DNA of 64,000 bases, taken from Nitrosopumilus sp. Lineage in GTDB: Archaea; Thermoproteota; Nitrososphaeria; Nitrososphaerales; Nitrosopumilaceae. A model generated the notes under the pieces. That model saw nothing but the letters and a program-made list of their open reading frames with translations, had not been told where the DNA came from and ran no database searches. Made by a program: the position numbers and the translations under genes. Positions 60,001-64,000 of the stretch are shown in pieces (position 1 is the first letter of the stretch; the number at the start of each line of letters is the position of its first letter). The stretch covers positions 320,001 through 384,000 of the forward strand of contig OZ240211.1 of the NCBI GenBank assembly GCA_965197525.1. Reading direction: 5' to 3'.

Positions 60001-63000
60001 TCCGGTGACGTCCTCGCTAAAGGTCACCTTGTAGGTCAGCGTCTGGCTGTCGGTGTTTTCTGTAACGGGACTGGACCGCTCAATTGATGATAGTGTTGGT
60101 GCAGTGGTGTCATCAGGTACGAGGTTGACCGTAGACGGTGTAACTGTAATTGTAACAGTGTCAGTGGCAGTTTGTGATGCTGCATCAGTTACAGTAAGTG
60201 TAAACTTGAGAGTAGTTGCACTGCTAGGGGCAGTAAATGTAGGCGAGTCGGTGTTATCACCAGTAATTGTTACTGTGGGGCTTCCTGCCGTCTGTGTCCA
60301 CGAGTACTCGATATCCGTACCAGTCGAGCCAGAACCATCAAGGGTCACAGAGGCACCAAGGGCTACTGTCTGATCAGGGCCTGCGTTGGCTGAGGGTGTC
60401 GCTGGAATTGTAATTGTAACAGTGTCAGTGGCAGTTTGTGATGCTGCATCAGTTACAGTAAGTGTAAACTTGAGAGTAGCTGCACTGCTAGGGGCAGTAA
60501 ATGTAGGCGAGTCGGTGTTATCACCAGTAAGTGTCACTGTGGGGTCTCCTGCCGTCTGTGTCCACGAGTACTCGATATCCGTACCAGTCGAGCCAGAACC
60601 ATCAAGGGTCACAGAGGCACCAAGGGCTACTGTCTGATCAGGGCCTGCGTTGGCTGAGGGTGTCGCTGGAATTGTAATTGTAACAGTGTCAGTGGCAGTT
60701 TGTGATGCTGCATCAGTTACAGTAAGTGTAAACTTGAGAGTAGCTGCACTGCTAGGGGCAGTAAATGTAGGCGAGTCGGTGTTATCACCAGTAATTGTTA
60801 CTGTGGGGCTTCCTGCCGTCTGTGTCCACGAGTACTCGATATCCGTACCAGTCGAGCCAGAACCATCAAGGGTCACAGAGGCACCAAGGGCTACTGTCTG
60901 AGGGCCTGCGTTCAGGCCTGCGTTGTCGCTGGAATTGTAATTGTAACAGTGTCAGTGGCAGTTTGTGATGCTGCATCAGTTACAGTAAGTGTAAACTTGA
61001 GAGTAGTTGCACTGCTAGGGGCAGTAAATGTAGGCGAGTCGGTGTTATCACCAGTAATTGTTACTGTGGGGCTTCCTGCCGTCTGTGTCCACGAGTACTC
61101 GATATCCGTACCAGTCGAGCCAGAACCATCAAGGGTCACAGAGGCACCAAGGGCTACTGTCTGATCAGGGCCTGCGTTGGCTGAGGGTGTCGCTGGAATT
61201 GTAATTGTAACAGTGTCAGTGGCAGTTTGTGATGCTGCATCAGTTACAGTAAGTGTAAACTTGAGAGTAGTTGCACTGCTAGGGGCAGTAAATGTAGGCG
61301 AGTCGGTGTTATCACCACCACTGTGGGGCTTCCTGCCGTCTGTGTCCACGAGTACTCGTCCGTACTGTGGTCACAGAGGCACCAAGGGCTACTGTCTGAT
61401 CAGGGCCTGCGTTGGCTGAGGGTTCGCTGGAATTGTAATTGTAACAGTGTCAGTGGCAGTTTGTGATGCTGCATCAGTTACAGTAAGTGTAAACTTGAGA
61501 GTAGTTGCACTGCTAGGGGCAGTAAATGTAGGCGAGTCGGTGTTATCACCAGTAAGTGTCACTGTGGGGCTTCCTGCCGTCTGTGTCCACGAGTACTCGA
61601 TATCCGTACCAGTCGAGCCAGAACCATCAAGGGTCACAGAGGCACCAAGGGCTACTGTCTGATCAGGGCCTGCGTTGGCTGAGGGTGTCAGATTGTCAAC
61701 ATTGTTTACAGTGATGATTACAGTATCAGATGCCTTATCACCGTCATCGTCAGTTACAGTGAGGGTAAACGTCACTTGGGTATCAGCAGTCACTTGTAAT
61801 GCAGTGTACTGCAATGTTGTCGTGTTACCAGATGTAATAGTAACAACAGAAGTATTGTTAACTGTCCATTGATATGACGCTATACTGCCGTCAGTATCAC
61901 TAGCCACTCCAGTGAATGTACCTGACTGCCCTTCGTTTATCGTTGTATCACCAGTTATAGAGTCAATTGTAGGTGGGACGGAGTTGTTCCTTGTAAGCTG
62001 GTGTGTACTTGCAAGCACATACGGCACTGTATTACTACTACTCAAATCGGTTCCGTGTACAAGAACATTGCACAGTCCTGCATGTAATGGCTCAAACACG
62101 GCAAACTCGCTGGGCTGGATCGCCGAGCTGGCGTTGAGCGTCTCTTGGCCGGTGCAACGCACCTCCAAGTCAAGATTGTGGTAAAACAGAGAGGTGCTAG
62201 TGATGTGTGTAGTGTTTCTAATTTGATAGATAAGAGGGTAAGAGTCGACGTTCCATGTCAGAATAGCCTTTGCGATCTCTTCTGTGCCGTCTATACTGAA
62301 TGTGTACCAGTGGGACTCGTTTTCTGTCATATTACCGCTGATGATGTGATCTCCTCCACGGGTATATTCCAGAGATTTACCCACATCAAGTATACCAAAG
62401 CCCACGTTGTTAAGTATGTCAAGGGAGGTATTGGCCTCTGTCGCGTTGTTTGGCTGCCTTGCGTATGAACATCCGTCCGAGGTGTTATTCTGTTCGTATT
62501 GGAAGGACGTGCAAGGGACAGGACCGGTCCAATTGGCTCCGAGCAGTAGACCTGCCTTTACCATGACAGGTGTCGCAGAGGGATCCTCGCCTATCAGTAT
62601 AGCAGCCGCACCTGAGACAATCGGCGTCGACAAGCTCGTACCACTAACCGTAAGGTTCAGTAGTGGTGGGAGGGCGATATTGACTGCAGGCGCCACGATC
62701 TCTGGCTTTAACACTGGTCCCCTATCATATGCTTGGTACGGACCCTTGCCAGAGTGAGGAAGCATGCTAACTACCGCCTGTCGGTCGTTTATTCCCCCTA
62801 CGGATACAACGTTAGTCGCGCATGAAGGAGCTCTTATGCTCTGATACCTCTTTGTATCCATATTCCCGTCGTTTCCCACCGAAGATGACACGAAAAGTCC
62901 GCGGGTAACTACATCGTTCATGATCAGGTTGTACGTATTAACGTGGTCAGTGCAGTATAATTCAAAAATGATGCTCAAATTGGCCACCCGGGCTCCCTCT

Positions 63001-63806
63001 TCTAACGCCTTATCAAGCGCATGGTACATTCCAATAGAGCTGTCAAATGTCATGCTGAGGAATTGAACTCCCTTTGCGATCCCAGGACTCGATGTGTGGT
63101 TCAACCCGATGGTAGCTGCTACAATGGATGCGTGGTCACTGAACGGAGGGATGTCAACATTAACGCATCTGGAAACTGTACATACAAATGATTTTAGTAT
63201 CTGGTTCTGTAACATGGGATTATCTATCCCTCCTAATTCTAGGACTGCTACCTTTACACCTGAACCGTCAGGTACAGTTTTGGATATATTGTTCATGATA
63301 TCGTCAGGCGTGGCGTTTATCGTCTGGCGCGCAGTTTCGATGGTAGAGAAGACTTCTTGTCTGCCGTCACCGATGGCGTATACCTCGTCGTGAAGTGAAA
63401 AGTCAAGTATCTGCTTGATCGGGACAGATGCGGTGACGTATATGAGTGATTCTGCGGCGCGTATGTTAACTGCCCCTACTTTTTTCAGTTTTTTCACTAC
63501 CGAGTTCTTTTGCTCTTCTGCAATGTCGTTTCCCAGGGCATCATATCGTGCCACAACTATCACGATGTCATAGTATCCAGCAATCGTGCTGCTGCGTGGG
63601 CCGTGTCCAAAGTATGGCAATTCAAGATCCTGTACCTTCTCATAAAACTGGTCATCAAACTTTTCTGGTATGCCAGACGTAACGTCTTTGTCCATGACTG
63701 TAGTATCCAATGGGCCTGTGGCCCCAAACGAGTTTGGAAGTACGATAGCTGTCAGAATCATGGCGGTAAAAACCACAATATAGGCCGCATGTTTGGTGCT
63801 AATCAT
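54044..63806 (-). CDS. Giant S8 (subtilisin-like) protease: signal peptide, prodomain, catalytic domain, 7 PKD-like domains, 8 Ig/P-domain modules and 1 DUF5011-like domain; broken into four ORFs
   Basis: VAVLELG, DHAS, SVGNDG and SGTSLSTPIVSGAAA. ORFs 61389-63806, 60912-61349, 57820-60876 and 54044-57811 continue one repeat architecture across indels at about 61410-61320, 60910 and 57920-57930. Confidence 0.8.
55570..60120 (-). repeat. Six and a half tandem Ig/P-domain modules nearly identical to those at 32.6-37.9 kb
   Basis: For example 57205-57800 versus 35704-36290 differ by only a few bases. Confidence 0.92.
60130..61683 (-). repeat. Six tandem repeats of about 264 bp encoding PKD/REJ-like domains
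   Basis: Unit ANAGPDQTVALGASVTLDGSGSTGTDIEYSWTQ...TATDTVTITIPATPS; two copies are damaged. Confidence 0.9.
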
Positions 63807-63965
63807 TCTGGCACTATATCCTCCTCAATGTATTTGCTTGACGAATGTGGTGCGCGGTGTTTTTCGTAATTCGATCATCCTCGTAAGTAGCGCAGACATC
63901 ATTCAAGTCAAGTTTTAGGTGCTGCTGGTGCGTGTTTGTTGTGCTTGCAGGATCAGTCAAATCCA

Positions 63966-64000
63966 TCATGATGCAGTGGTGTCAACAGGTACAGTACTGA
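63966..64000 (-). CDS. 3' end of another gene ending in the stalk linker (partial)
   Basis: Reads STVPVDTTAS-stop; the DNA matches linker GCAGTGGTGTCAGCAGGTACAGTATTGA with 2 mismatches. Confidence 0.4.
   Translation of the reverse strand, partial: STVPVDTTAS

Overview
Archaeal genomic window, most consistent with a Nitrosopumilaceae (thaumarchaeal) genome and possibly a host-associated one. This is inferred from gene content, and no marker gene is present. The AT-rich core genes are a Liv-type ABC transporter, a PAS histidine kinase with response regulator, purC/purF/purL/purQ/purS and tRNA-Leu(UAA). They are interleaved with seven IS elements (ISH3, IS5/IS903-like, IS1595, IS5/ISL2-like, two IS630, IS110) and four giant secreted repeat-protein genes. 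The main signal is a mix-and-match surface-protein system. Three different heads (DUF285/BspA-like repeats, LVIVD-like beta-propellers, and an S8 protease with Glu at the catalytic Asp position) sit on a shared stalk of 19 modules. Each module is a proprotein-convertase P-domain inserted inside an Ig-like domain, and some modules are near-identical between genes about 21 kb apart. Non-coding signals include a 28-bp palindrome in three copies, a 173-bp hairpin/MITE-like element, a putative IS110 3' guide RNA and homopolymer tracts. Frameshifts cluster in multicopy sequence and may be partly assembly error. All domain calls come from reading motifs by eye; no searches were run.
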